A stretch of DNA of 64,000 bases. Source: Octopus vulgaris. Lineage: Eukaryota. Of the stretch, positions 1 to 13,781 are shown one piece after another. The stretch covers positions 806,001 through 870,000 of the forward strand of contig CATOCA020000001.1 of NCBI GenBank assembly GCA_951406725.2, in the 5' to 3' direction. The translations under genes were made by a program, and so were the position numbers. Below the pieces are notes generated by a model that had not been told where the DNA came from, ran no database searches, and worked only from the letters and a program-made list of their open reading frames with translations. The first letter of the stretch is position 1; every line of letters starts with the position of its first letter.

Positions 1-1229
1 TACTTCATCAGGTCTGAAGTGATGTTTCTGATGTTGAACTGCGCCGCGAATTGTGCGAACCACGATTGTGCGGCTCTCAGTGCGACGGTGTTCGCGCATG
101 GCATGATGGCGTGTTTGTGTGTTTTCTTTTCACTTCGGTGGGTTGCTGGGGGTCAACACTTAGAGCTTTCGTTAAAGCTATGCGTAAAAATAACTACAAA
201 CGGCCACGAATTGTTATTGTGTGTTATGCAATGTACAAAGAGAGAGGAAAGATCCTCCCGGTCTGGTTTATCGCTTAACTGGAAGTCGCTTCTCTGCGAA
301 CTAATTCAATGACTTTTATTTTTATGAATTTTAATTTTATTAGGACTTTTAAACACAAGAAAACAGGAAAGAAGAGTGATAAGAATAAGAAAGAAAAGGA
401 AAGAGCAGGGGATAGAGCCGTAGGTGTGAGGGCGATGGACCACAACCGAAAATAAATTCTTCAATAACAAGTCCGCAGTTATAGTGCTCGTCTTCCAGTT
501 TGTCCTTTGCTATTTCACGGCCTCTGTCCTACGTAATGCAGATTTAAGTCACCCCGTATAACCCTCTTGTAACTTTTTCTTCTTTTTTTTTTTTAGAATT
601 TTCCGAAAATTTTTGCGAATGCTTGTTCTGCACACGAGATACCGTACGGTTATGGTGATGGGGACGTGTATGTAATTTGAGGGCGAGTTAGTTGGGTTTT
701 TAGCACATCTCACGACCATCTGATACCTTACTCATGTCTTTGTCATTCTTGCATGTCTGGATGTTTTTCAATATTTCTTTTCCTCATAAACACATTTACT
801 ACAATGGTGATGCACCCAATTTCGGCCTGCATGTACTTTAAACACTGATTTAAAAAAAATATTCCAAAAAGTATAACTTTTAGGATTTATGGGGGAGGGA
901 TAAAATATCTTTTTTTGTATAATCGTATGAATTCTCGTGTGTAGACCACAAATTCGCAAAAACTTTTCTAAAACTTCCCTAAAATATTAAAAGACATAAG
1001 AGGTTGTATGGGGTGCTTAAACAAGAATTGCGCTCAATTATTGCATTATTTCTATCAGTTAGACTGCAGTCATTCATAAAGTATCAACAGAATAGATTTG
1101 AAAAGGTAGGAGATAATTCTATGAAGCGGCTTTCAGATGAAGTTCAAGTGCCAAGCAATCTACCCTTCTCGCTTCACTCATATTCTCCTGCTGCAGCTGC
1201 TGCTGCTGTAGCTGTTGCTGCAGTTGCTG

Positions 1230-1537
1230 CTGAGCGAACGGTCTTCGTCCCAGAGTGGGAGAAGTCCGAAACGTGGTCCTTTGCTATTCGTAAGACCCGC
1301 AGAAGAGAAAGCAGGTCAACGCCCGACACCGAGAGCATCGACGGATGGATGAATGCGCTTCCAGGCTCAGCGGTTGCGTAGGAAGTCGGGGACAAGAAAC
1401 AGGAAGACAGAGTGAGAGAAAGTCGGGGCGAAAGAGTACAACAGGGGTCGCCACCACCCGCGGCCGGAGTCTCGTGGAGCTTTAGGTGTTTTCGCTCAAT
1501 AAACACACACAACGCCCGGTCTGGGAATCGAAACCGC
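1230..1537 (-). mobile_element. tRNA-derived SINE, 5'-truncated (same family as 51660-52187)
   Basis: B-box (rev. ggtttcgattccc) and a body nearly identical to 51664-51900. Confidence 0.75.
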
Positions 1538-3039
1538 TGCTACTGCTGCTGTTGTCGGTGGTGTCATGGCAATTAATTTTGAGCATGGGGCCGGTTGTTC
1601 TGCCGGTGCTGGTGAGGTCACCATCTCGGGCCGTAGTGCTGGTGTTGGTGCTGCAGTCGTAGATGTCGGTGTTGGGGTTTCTGCCGCCTAATGCTTTGCT
1701 CCCGATGTCGCGCTCGCCCTTGCTATTTCTGTCGCTGATGTTGTTGGGTGAGCTGTTGCTGCTATTACTCAGGGTGGTAGGGCCGGGTACCACCACAGCC
1801 TCATACACGACACTGTCAGCCTCATGTTGCCCTCCCCACCCACTCGGCAGCCATTGTGGTTCAAGAATGAGCAACCAGCCTCTACCCACGTTTCAGGGTC
1901 GTTTGCCAATATACTTATCATGTGCCTAAGGGCACACCGTTTGTTCAAAAGGCACAACTTAAGGACAGATATTAGGGGAAGTGAAATCTACATGGACCCT
2001 TGATAAATGTTGGTTACAGTTGCTACTCTTCCCCTCCAACAGGCGGGATCTCCTCTTCTAGCATATATCTGATCCACCTCGACCCATTCTTGACCCACAA
2101 ATTTATCTCGCCACACCCTATAGTATTCCTTATTTACTGTCTTCTTGCACACCAACTTTGATATTTACAATATATTTTTGTGTCTGTATATTATTCCGAC
2201 CTAACGAGGTGCCTCAATTTCAGACCTGATTCAACTGAATATTTCTTATATCTTGTGTGTTTACGTGAGTGTGTGTGTGTGAGTGTGTGTGAGTGAGTGT
2301 GTAGGTGTATGTGAATGTATATATGTATGTACGTATATAGAGGCCGAAGATAATGCCGTGGACGTAAGGGATAATTTATTAAACGTATCGCTACACACGG
2401 AGATTTTATCTGTTAATCATTTAATTGTTATATGTACTGTTCAAATTGCTTCTATTTCGTTTCATAGCACATTTCCATTCTGTACGTGCAGCATTCATAA
2501 ACAAGGCGGAGGGGTTCCTTTCTTTTTTACTGCATTCATTTTCAATTCCTTCTTTAAGTTTCTCCATATTTCTACGAAACTTCGGATAAACAACTGATTT
2601 CAAATGGCCCCCACAGATAAAACCCAAGGGCGTGAGGTCTGGTTACTCTTGTGGTCACTCACAGGATCTCTCCCACCTTTCCATTTGTTAGGGTATAGCT
2701 TTGTTAAGCTATGCACACTCAAACTACTAGAGACGAGAATGCATTTACCAAAAGCTTTATTACTTGACGTACATCAAGGCTTAAGTCGCCAGTTATTTCT
2801 GTTCAGTTAATTTAGGTTCGTTTAACGCTCACTGCTGACATTTCTTTTGTTCTTCTTCTCCCAGCGGAAGTCCCTTTTTGCTGTTGACCAACTTCCTACG
2901 TAGCCCGCAGCGAAGTTCCTGTCTACAGTCCACCTGTCATGAATCCTGCCCTACAAGGAAAATGTTCATTTTGGAAGTCAAGAACCAACAAACCAAACTG
3001 TGATGGCGCTCCATCCTGTTCAAAGAACATGATCGTTTT

Positions 3040-3345
3040 TTATTTTTGCTTCTTCGTCGATTTTTGGGAGTATGTTTCTAAGAATTTCTCAAACAACTGC
3101 TGTTGATATCGGATCATCTGCACATTTCGGTCTGATAATTCGACAGTGGACAGTGACACCACCAGCTCCTTTAATTAAACGTCCAACAGTTGACCCATCA
3201 ATTGGAAGTCGGTGTGCCTTCTGCCTATTGAATTCCTCACCAATAGATCTGGATTAGTTCCTCCTTTGCCATACATGAACACAAAGGTAACTCGTTTATC
3301 CTTCGTTATCTTTCTCACACATCTTATTTCGTCAAAATCCTTTCA
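3040..3345 (-). mobile_element. Possible decayed Tc1/mariner N-terminal HTH fragment
   Basis: Reverse translation EEFNRQKAHRLPIDGSTVGRLIK weakly resembles mariner N-termini; frameshifted. Confidence 0.25.
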
Positions 3346-3469
3346 GCAACCAAGAAAATATCAGAGCAAATTAAACATTTCAAACATTATGAATTAAATA
3401 TTGTATATGAGTGTTTATCTGTCTGTCTGTCTGTCCATCTCTTTAGCTCTCTGTCAATCTGTCTATCTC

Positions 3470-3506
<37 letters not shown>

Positions 3507-4039
3507 CGGTCTCTCCATATAAAAATCAATCTGTCTGTTTATCTATTTGTATGTTTCATTATCTCTCGTGAACCCTAACCCCTAAACACTGCACCCAGTA
3601 TACCCAACGATGCCGTCACCCTCCTCTCACAATCTACCTCTCTTCCCTTCAGCCCCTTCTTTAAACCTTTTCATGGCCGCCTTCATTTCGTCAAATGTAC
3701 CTTGTACACCCACTCCTTCCAATCTCCAATCCCTCTATCTGCGCTTCTTAACCTCATTTTCTCTCTTTCCCACGATATTCTTCCTGTTTGTCCTCCTTTG
3801 CATCGAGTCTCTGCCATGACAAAATTCTGAGATCAAATCTCTCAAGTAAATGATCTCAACGACAGGATGGGCGGCTGAAATATTTTGCAATAATTTAAAC
3901 AATTTTAAATCGTGTTTTGTTGCACTTCCCTTAAGATTAACAACAAAAGAAATCTGATTGGGGATAAGATTACTGAGCAAATATTTGTATCTATCAGTTT
4001 ACAATGATCATTATCATCATCATCGTTGGCGTGACTGTC

Positions 4040-4190
4040 GGATAAGAAGTTCGCTTCCCAATCACATGGTTACGGTTTCAGTCCTACAGTGTGGCACATT
4101 GGGCAAGAATGTTCTTCTAGACATTTTAGGCGACCAAAGCCTTGAGACTTGATTTGATGGACGGAAACTAAAAGAAGCCTGTCGTTGCAT
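4040..4190 (+). mobile_element. Degenerate CORE-like SINE fragment
   Basis: Matches the head of 46382-46790 (ttgggcaag, gacggaaact..aagaagcc). Confidence 0.6.
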
Positions 4191-5751
4191 ATCTTAATAT
4201 GTATTTATGTGAGTTCACTACCACATGACAATCGATGTTGCTCCGTAAAAAAAAAAATAGAGAAATCTAACAGCTGTTTCTGGGATTACTGAAAATTTGG
4301 GGTATCCCATCATCGGAGACAAATAGGGAAAATGTGTAGGGTAGAGATTAAGGAAACGATGAAATAAAGGCCTGGAGAAATATAAAGAAATGAAGAATGA
4401 AGAAATATAAATGTTTAACTTTCCGATAGTGTAGATGTTTGTCCATAAGTCTTTTGGTAAATTAAGTCTTTTAGCACAATCCTATGTAAATCCAGCTAGT
4501 ATTAGAGTCTTCATAGTGTAAATATCCAGAGGGAAAGGCGACCATATCCAGGTATGTTTACAGTCTTCATAGTATAAGTATCCAGAGAGAGACCTGACCA
4601 AATCGATTGTTCGTAAGAGAATGATAGCAGAAGTGGCCATAGAGGGATAATGAGAAAGAAAAATAAATAGAAAGATGGGGAGGTATTGGTAAGGAAGCTG
4701 GAGGTAGAGAGAGGAGGAACAGGAATGCAATTGACAGGGCATTGGCAAGGATTGATAGGAAGAATAAGATAAATAATATAAAAATATAATATAGAAAAAT
4801 AAACAAGAAGATAGGTAAAGAAATATACAAGGAGAGAGGAGGAAGGTAAAGGTGGATAAAGTAAAAAATACAAAATAAATTAAAATTAAATAAACAAAAA
4901 GATGAATAAATATAAAAGAATAAATAAGGAGAGAGGGGGAAGGTAAAGGAGGATAAGGTAAGAAATGCAAAATAAAGTAAAATAAAATGAAAGGGATTCA
5001 AAGAGAAGACGATATAAAGAAGATAGTAGATGTCAGTACTGTCCCACAAATTTTTAGGGGTTGGGGCAAGAGGTCAAGTAGTGTCCGTTCGTTTTATGGC
5101 TAAGGTCATTGGTTGTAGAAATATTTCTCGGCTATGGCGGTATGATTGTGTAGGGAGGCGTGTATGGAGAAACCAGGTGTATGTTAAATGATTTAGGAAT
5201 AAGGGTTACAACTAAGGATTAGGGGATCTATTAGGTAATTAAAAATTAGCAGTTATCATATAAGCTACTAAGGTAGACAGAAAAGGTATTGAAGGGTCTG
5301 GAGGTATGTAAGTGTTACGTGAGGCGGGGTTAAGTTTAAAGTTGGATTTATGGAAGAATTTAAAAGTGTGGAAGAATTTGTGTTCACACATTGCGAAGGC
5401 TTCATTGTGTTTGTTAAGTAATTGTGGTGAGTTATGGGTTAAACTTTCAAGGGCTTCCTTTAGGCAGAGTCCACAAGTGGATTGCTGGCCCTGATATGGG
5501 ATGACAAGATCTATTATAGCCCAGATTACCTATATTGTATTTTTCTATTAATTAGATGGTAAAACAGAGTAGTTTCCCTACCAAAACAATTGCAGGAAAA
5601 TTCTTTCCAGTTCAAAATATCAGACAAACCTAACTTAAAAATCTAAAATTTTAAATTTAAAACAAATTAAAAGCTTATTTTTAAAATAATAATACGATAA
5701 TTAAAATAAAACGCCTTGTATTACATTACAAATTAAACCAATCTAAGAATA

Positions 5752-5826
<75 letters not shown>

Positions 5827-6199
5827 GTAAACATGTATGTATAAAATTTAAAAAAAGCTTTATGAAAATGTAAGCTATAAATTATTCAAATCATAGGAGT
5901 AAGAAATAAATTAAGAACATTTTATCTAATGAATACTTATATTGATTTATTAATCTAGAATAAATACATCTAAATCTAAAAAATAACACTGGAAGGAATT
6001 TACCTTTGAAAAACCTAACCTAAAATAATGGCAACGTAGAAATCCAAAAACAAATGAGAGAAGAACCAACTTTAATAGTAAATGAAAAGGATGAAACTGT
6101 GATTATCAAACTCTCAATAATCGGTTTATCAAATTAAACAAAGTGAAGCATCCTTAAAATACCTACTTCTAGAAAATTTTAAAACATGCATTTATTCCT

Positions 6200-6570
6200 A
6201 TGAACACTAAAAATCCTCTTTCCGATTTTGAATTTAACAGCTTTCTTCTAGAAAATCAAATCAAAAATAATTCTTCAAAACAAAACGAACAGAACCGATT
6301 GGCAGTCTTATAGGCCGGAGCCGTCCCTAAAATGTTCCATTCAATAAAGAACAAATTATTATGATCGTTAAGATTCCAGATGAAATTACTAAGACTAATA
6401 GAAGAAGCCTTATTTCTGATCCTAAAAGAAAGGTAATGGTTTGAAACCTTGTTTGTTAATATCATTAGCAGAAGAACCAATATAAATGTAAAGATTACCC
6501 CCAGAAATGACTTCAGCTCCATAAACTGCTTCTTTACGTTTACAAGAATTTATAGTTAAACATTTTTCTT
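6200..6570 (-). mobile_element. Penelope-like element GIY-YIG endonuclease remnant
   Basis: VYGAEV...YIYIGS, then (frameshifted) NHYLSF...LSNFIWNL...IEWNIL...AY...CSFCFEE, typical of the PLE endonuclease C-terminus. Confidence 0.75.
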
Positions 6571-7389
6571 TGTTCCCACGATCATGAAGAGAATTTCCAC
6601 CCCTACTCAAGCCTTCGACTATTGAATTACTATTAAGCAAATAGTTACCCTCCTCATTATTACTAAAACTCAGATTTGACTCAAAACCATCACTACCACG
6701 CTGGTTAATTGAAAAATCAATAACATTAGCATCCATCGAATCGAACTCGTTAATATTAATTGAGCTAACACGATGATAAATAAAAACAGATAATTTCTTC
6801 TCATTCATAGAAGAAGCAATTTGAGTTAAACTCCGAGAAACCGAAAAGCAACCTTAAGGGTTTTCGGGTTTAAAATTTCATAGTATCTACTTTTTTAATA
6901 AAATCTTTCAAAAACAATTTATAAACAGCCCCAAATAAGTTATTTTTTAGATTGTCCAGCAAAGGGAATAATACACCATATAATGTTATTCTTGTCCAAA
7001 CATAAATTAGAATGACCTAAATTATTAACCCTATAGACTAACTTAGAATTGTTACTTTTTAGCATGTGATCGCATTTATATTTATGAGCATTAGTAACAG
7101 GGGTAAATTGTTATAGCTATAAGCATAGGTATACGTATAAACACCTCAATCTATCTATCCTTATATCTATATTTACTTCAATCAATCAATCTTTATATCT
7201 ATATATGTGTGCGTGCGTAAACGTTGAACAATAAGAATGTTGTGTCTATCATTCCTTGAACGTGTTGGTTGTCATTCCAATATGTCTTCGTTACTCTTTT
7301 GGAGTTCATAAATCTCGACATTGTATACTAGTTCTTTTCCAGTTATCTACTATTTAGCGGAGAGCAGTTCAGCGATCTATCGTTACTTA

Positions 7390-7620
7390 TTCATTTATTG
7401 CTCACAAGGGGCTAAACACAGAGGGGACAAACAAATACAGACAAACGGACTAAGTCGATTACATCAAGTGCAGTGCGTAACTGGTACTTAATTTATCGAC
7501 CCCGAAAGGATGAAAGGCAAAGTCGACCTCGGCGGAATTTGAACTCAGAACGTTACGGCAGGCGAAATACCGCTAAGCATTTCGCTCGGCGTGCTAACGT
7601 TTCAACCAGCTTGCCGCCTT
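7390..7620 (-). mobile_element. tRNA-derived SINE (family with gcctttcatcctttcggggtcgataa central domain)
   Basis: Near-identical to 55309-55544(-) and 62207-62435(+). Confidence 0.85.
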
Positions 7621-7711
7621 ACCTATAGTTACTGTCTCTTTCAAGGCTATAAAAACATGTATATTTACATGTATACACGCGCACACATACACAAGCATAT
7701 ACAACCCCCCC

Positions 7712-7769
<58 letters not shown>

Positions 7770-7770
<1 letters not shown>

Positions 7771-8137
7771 AAATATTAAAAAGTGAAAAAACTACAGAAG
7801 GCTTAAATGTTAAAAAATATATATTTGCGTCAATATGTCTGAAGAATATTAAAAAATAAAAAAAAAAATGTTTCTCTTATAATGACATAATTTAGAAGAC
7901 AGCCCGGTTTTGCGTTTAGCTTTTCAAATTTCTTGCGACGTTATGTTTATGTTGAATAGAGTTAACGTCGCAAGAAATTTGAAAAGCTAAACGCGAAACC
8001 GGGCTGTCTTCTAAATTATGTCATTATAAGAGAAACATTTTTTTAAAAATTTTTTAATATTCTTCAGACATATTGACGCAAATATATATTTTTTAACATT
8101 TAAGCCTTTTGTAGTTTTTTCACTTTTTACTATTTTC
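7770..8137. repeat. Long near-perfect inverted repeat (about 175-bp arms, 19-nt loop)
   Basis: 7770-7943 is the reverse complement of 7963-8137, with few mismatches. Confidence 0.92.
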
Positions 8138-8179
8138 TATATATTCAACCACGTGCTTTCACAAACCAACTTTCTTATC

Positions 8180-8239
<60 letters not shown>

Positions 8240-8319
8240 CATATATATGTATATATATATACATACATACATATATATATATATGTATATAAATATATGC
8301 ATACATATATATATATATG

Positions 8320-8367
<48 letters not shown>

Positions 8368-8684
8368 TATACAATGTTGTTGGGAGAGGCTCCCTTTCTC
8401 ACCTGATGAGAAGATTGCATCTTACACCGTTTATTCCTTTGGAATAAAACCATGTTGTCTTCGAAATATATGTGGAAAATAAAGGAATTTTCTTAACATC
8501 TTCGTTCAACTCCATTTATTTATTTATTCATCTATAACACACAAACTACTGCACATGAAGCCAGATTTTCTACCTTTGGATAGGTCGCTTCAACCGTGTT
8601 TCTGACGTGAATTTGCTACCCTGGTATCGGTTCATAGAATTCTCCATGTTGACGGTAAACATAGGATGATTCATTCACCCATCG

Positions 8685-8731
<47 letters not shown>

Positions 8732-9256
8732 GAATGTATATATATATATATATATACATATGTATGTATGTATATATATATATATATATACACATACATA
8801 CAAGAATACACACATGGCCATACACACACACATACTCTAATAAACATTGAATGCCATACACACACATACACACATGTTACAACACACACACACATGAACA
8901 CACACACACATGCACCCATATACCTCCTTCTCTTACACTCTCCTGTCTTTCTTCATCCATTTCCTTTCAAAATGTAACGACATGTGGATTGTTGGCGTTT
9001 TTTTTTCCAGCTTCCTTTTCCCTTGGACATTCCTCTGTCTCCTGTTTCCGAAGATGAGCTTTGCCCGAAACGTTAAACAACCTTTCTTTCCTTCCCTGAG
9101 CGTCCTTTAATACTTTGCGTGTACCACGGCCTCACCCTGTTGCTTTTTCTTGTGTTTTCTCTTCGTTAGTTTTGGAATATATTATATATATATATACATT
9201 TATATATATTTATAGAATATATATATATAATATATATACATATACATACATACATG

Positions 9257-9297
<41 letters not shown>

Positions 9298-9317
9298 TAC
9301 ATATACATACATACATG

Positions 9318-9362
<45 letters not shown>

Positions 9363-9382
9363 TACATATACATACATACATG

Positions 9383-9419
<37 letters not shown>

Positions 9420-9436
9420 GATACTACTTTATAACA

Positions 9437-9603
9437 GTGGTCCGGTGCGCGTACTCGCGTACTCGCTCATCCACACTAGCTAGTCATGTGTAGTCGAACC
9501 TTACTTTGTGCTTTTGTCTTTTATTTACTTTGCTAGGTAGTTGATGTAGGATCGACTAGTCAGAAGAAGCCAGCGAGCACGCGAGTGCGCGCACCGGAAC
9601 CAT
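9437..9603. mobile_element. MITE-like element with about 30-bp GC-rich TIRs
   Basis: gtggtccggtgcgcgtactcgcgtactcgct ... agcgagcacgcgagtgcgcgcaccggaaccat. Confidence 0.55.
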
Positions 9604-9626
9604 TAGGAGTACCATTAAGGAGTACC

Positions 9627-9666
<40 letters not shown>

Positions 9667-9689
9667 TATATGTATCTCTTTCTTTTTTT

Positions 9690-10070
9690 CTCTTTTTTAC
9701 TTGTTTCAGTCATTTGACTGCGGCCATGCTGGAGCACCACCTTTAGTCGAGCAAATCGACCCCGGGACTTATTCTTTGTAAGCCCAGTACTTATTCTATC
9801 GGTCTCTTTTGCCGAACCGCTAAGTGACGGGAACGTAAACACACCAGCATCGGTTGTCAAGCAATGCTAGGGGGACAAACACAGACACACACACATACAT
9901 ATATATACGATAGGCTTCTTTCAGTTTCCGTCTACCAAATCCACTCACAAGGCATTGGTCGGCCCGGGGCTATAGCAGAAGACACTTGCCCAAGATGCCA
10001 CGCAGTGGGACTGAACCCGGAACCATGTGGTTGGTTAGCAAGCTACTTACCACACAGCCACTCCTGCGCC
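9690..10070 (-). mobile_element. CORE-like tRNA-derived SINE with internal microsatellite
   Basis: Near-identical to 46382-46790(+); contains ggttcagtccc (B-box) and cttgggcaagtg. Confidence 0.85.
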
Positions 10071-10306
10071 TGTATGTGTATGTATATGTATACGTACATA
10101 CATACATATATATTTTTAATAATATATTATTTAAAATATATATAATCGCTCGAATTAAATGTATAAATACTTTGATACAAGAGAGCACTCAATATAAATT
10201 CAGTATATAATATTCTCATTGAATATATTTGACTAAAGAATTATACATACATACATACATACATACATACAAACATACATATATACATACATACTTACAT
10301 AGATAA

Positions 10307-10342
<36 letters not shown>

Positions 10343-11063
10343 TCAATGGGCTTCTTTTAGTTTCCATCAACAAAATTCACTCACAAGGCTTTGGTCTGCT
10401 CGAGGCCATAAGAGGTTCCACACGGTAGGACTGAACCCGGAACCATGTGTTTTAGAAGCAAATGGACTTTGGTCTACAAACACGGGACGGTTGTTTAGCC
10501 ATCGTCAATGAGATGGATTACAATTTCTCAAAATAGATTACAAGCAGCATTCACAATGAAATAGATATATAAATAAATAAATAGTTATTGAGAAATAAGA
10601 GACGTTTTTAGAGTCACGACAGAGTTATAAACGACGCAATTATTAAATAATTGTAACTTCCAGGTGTAACATTATTGGCTGACTGTGTTAACATCCTGAT
10701 TACGATAGGTATATAGGTAAAGTGGCTGAAACATTTTGCGAATCCGGCAGGAGAGACCAAACCTACAGCATCTGACGGTTACGACAAAGATTCAAAGATT
10801 CACAACTGAAAAGGTCCCTTTTTACGGTAACGTTAAAATTCTTTTCTTTAAAATCTAGTTTCTGTTACAATTTCAATGTAAAAAATTGAAATGGACTTGT
10901 TATATTATGATGTGTGTGTGTGAGTGCATATATTATTGTTGCTTTTATTACAGAATATAGACATGGTACCCTAGGATAAACGCAGGCAGATGGATGAATC
11001 CACGAATATATACACGTTTATATCGGCTATAGCTGTGTATGTGTGTGTGTCTACATAAATATC

Positions 11064-11126
<63 letters not shown>

Positions 11127-11399
11127 CACTCACACAAATACACACACACACACACACACACATCTATATCGGCGAACAAGCAAAGCACTTATACTGAATA
11201 TGTTTGCTTCACATCCATATTTGAATTTATTCTTACTTAACCATCGTCGTGGCATACCAGCAAATGGTTTCTACACTATTTTTATATAGTCATAGACTGG
11301 CGATTCACTTCAGTTCACGTACGTGATGTTCATAAATCATAAAAATGGCGAGACCTCAATGATCTTCGCCTGTTTATGTCTTTCAAGGGTTCTAACAAT

Positions 11400-13045
11400 C
11401 GGCACCTTGAGAGAGATGACTCCAGCGCATCACATGGCAGCCTAACAGCGAACAAGCATGGCACATACATTGTGAATTTGTATTCGATATTGTTTGATGA
11501 TCTGTGGCGACAACAGTTCGGAGCAGTAATCCGGGTGATTAAATGCTCTCAGAATCCCTCCAGCTGCTCACCAGCACAATGCTACCATCCTGGTAGTATG
11601 CACATGGAATGTTGCATCATTCCTCACGTGGATTCCCAGGTCACGCACCAACTCTGGTCCTGAGCATTTCGATTGTAGTCTGCTTGTTGGCCGATTGTGG
11701 AGTGACTGAAACTTCTCAACATTCAACTGCATGATTCCTGAAGTCAACTTAGGGATCCTTTTTATGAGTCACCCACAGATGTTCTTGGAATTTCATGCCG
11801 CAAAAATCAAATCATTTTGATGAAAATGATGAGGTTATAAATGAACAACTTCAAGAATTGTATTGTCTTCTCAAAGAATGGCCTGAAGAAAGGAACACTG
11901 CTGGAAAGAAAAGTCTGCCAATTTATATTTTGATAGATAAACTGAGAGAGCTTATCGTCCGAATGTGGCAAATAGGAACTGTTCCTCAACAATTTAAAGA
12001 CTGTCCATCTATATAAGTATAAATGTAATAAGTGTGGATGTGAAAATCATCGTGGAATGTCTCTGCTTTCTTTTGCTGGAAAAAATCCCTTTCTAGAGAC
12101 ACTTTAAATAGAATTAATCCTGATTTACTTTGTTCTGTCCATTCTGAGAGTCTGTGTGGGTTTAGTTGATGTCGATGGACAGTATGATAGGATATTCAGG
12201 TTGCGATAATTCAGCCGACCTGGGAGCGCAATGAAGACTTCTATGTGGTATTTGTTGACCTTACAAAAGCCTGTCACTCTATATGTCAACAGGCTTTGTG
12301 GAAAATATGAGCAAACCTTAGGATTCTCGATCAAATGCTAACTCTCATAGCGTCCCTACATAAAAATATGAAGGCATCTGTTCTCTCAAACTGTTGCCAG
12401 GCTCAGTCTTTGACGCTAAAAATGGTACAAAAGAAGGCTGCGTTTTGGTACCATTATTATTTGCATTATGTTTTGCAGTAACATTAAGTGGATTAAATGA
12501 GATGTAGAACATGTTTCTTGAATAGGGGACAGTGGGTGGTATCTTTAACGCACAGCACTTTGAAGCAAGGACTAAAATTGCGTCTCAGACAATTACAGAC
12601 TTACTCTTTGCAGATGATTGTGTCCAAGTTGCTTATATTCTCACGGACATCCAACACATCATTAATAGTTTTGCAACAGGAACCACATCTTTTGTCGTAA
12701 ATATTAGCATAAAAATGATTTAACTGTTGTATCAGTCAGATCCTAGTAACAATCTAGAAATTTTGCCCAAGGTGTTTATTGAAGGCAAAGCTCTGAAAAC
12801 AGTTGGTGTTTTTACATATTCGGGTTCTATAGTAACAAAGGACAGGGAGGCCCAAACTCCAGTACAGCTTTTGGAGGCCTTTTGATTGACTTTGGAGTGC
12901 CCATGAGGCCTCAGTCAGAACGAAAATAAACGTATAAAAGTCAGTTGTTCTAAAAACTCTTTTATACGAAGCAAAGACCTGAACACTTTGTCGTAAGCAT
13001 ATCAGTCAACTGAACAGCTTTCATATGAGATGTTTAAAGACAAAT
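11400..13045 (+). mobile_element. Decayed RTE-clade LINE reverse transcriptase
   Basis: Fragments MWQIGTVPQQFKD, NHRGMSLLS, GTKEGCVLVPLLF, ITDLLFADDC and FTYSGS; many stops and frameshifts. Confidence 0.75.
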
Positions 13046-13059
13046 ACCAGCCGGTCTCA

Positions 13060-13780
13060 AAAAGCTCCTAGACTAGCTCTGTACTGCACCAACAGATAGT
13101 AGCACAAACTTTTGTGATCATATGCATTCTGTAGTCTGCGATTTTATCAAGAACAAGAACGAAAAGCCAACGTGAAATTTTGGAAGTCTACTATGGCAAG
13201 TTTTCAGGTCGTACGAAATGTTTAAAAGCGGGAGAACGTCCCTAGAAGTCGATAAGCAATCTTGAAGATTTCGAGCGATCTGAAAGGCCTGGCACAAGCA
13301 TCACCCTGAGAAATGTAGTATTGGGCATCAAGAATTCGTGCCCCGGGGCCAGACTGTCAGTCGAGAATTCTACTACAATCTTTTGAAGAGTTTTTGAAAG
13401 AAGACATTCGGCGAAAGCGTCCGGATCTGTGGAGCGCGAAGAAGTGGATTCTTCACGATGACAATGCCCTCTATCGCCGAGTTCTCCTCACTCGTGATGT
13501 TCTTGCCAAAAGCAACATGGTATCGCTTCCACTCTCGACCTATTCGCCAGATTTAGCACATGCTGACTTCCATCTCTTCCGCAAGATGTAAATATTGTTC
13601 AAAGGTCGCCGTTGTCGAAATGAAAAGCGAATCGCAGAAGATCCTCGACTCGTTTACGGAAAACGACACGCAACCCGGATTCCAAAAGTGGCAGGGACAC
13701 TGAGACGGATGCATTGCTGCACATGGTGGCTACTTCGAAGGATGTTTGAACTTAGGTAAAGAAATTATCTTTTATTAAAC
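13060..13780 (+). mobile_element. Mariner transposase remnant
   Basis: IRRKRPDLW...WILHDDNA...YSPDLAHADFHLF (mariner DD34D motifs). Confidence 0.85.
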
Positions 13781-13781
13781 A

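Noticed and set aside
1482-1929. Low-complexity ORFs on both strands
   Set aside because: Degenerate trinucleotide (gct/gtt/ggt) tract with no recognisable domain.
4482-5049. Hydrophobic membrane-like ORFs
   Set aside because: Translation of a purine-rich low-complexity tract, open in all three frames.
8403-8430. CTGATGA followed by a hairpin
   Set aside because: There is no GAAA/NUH to complete a hammerhead core.
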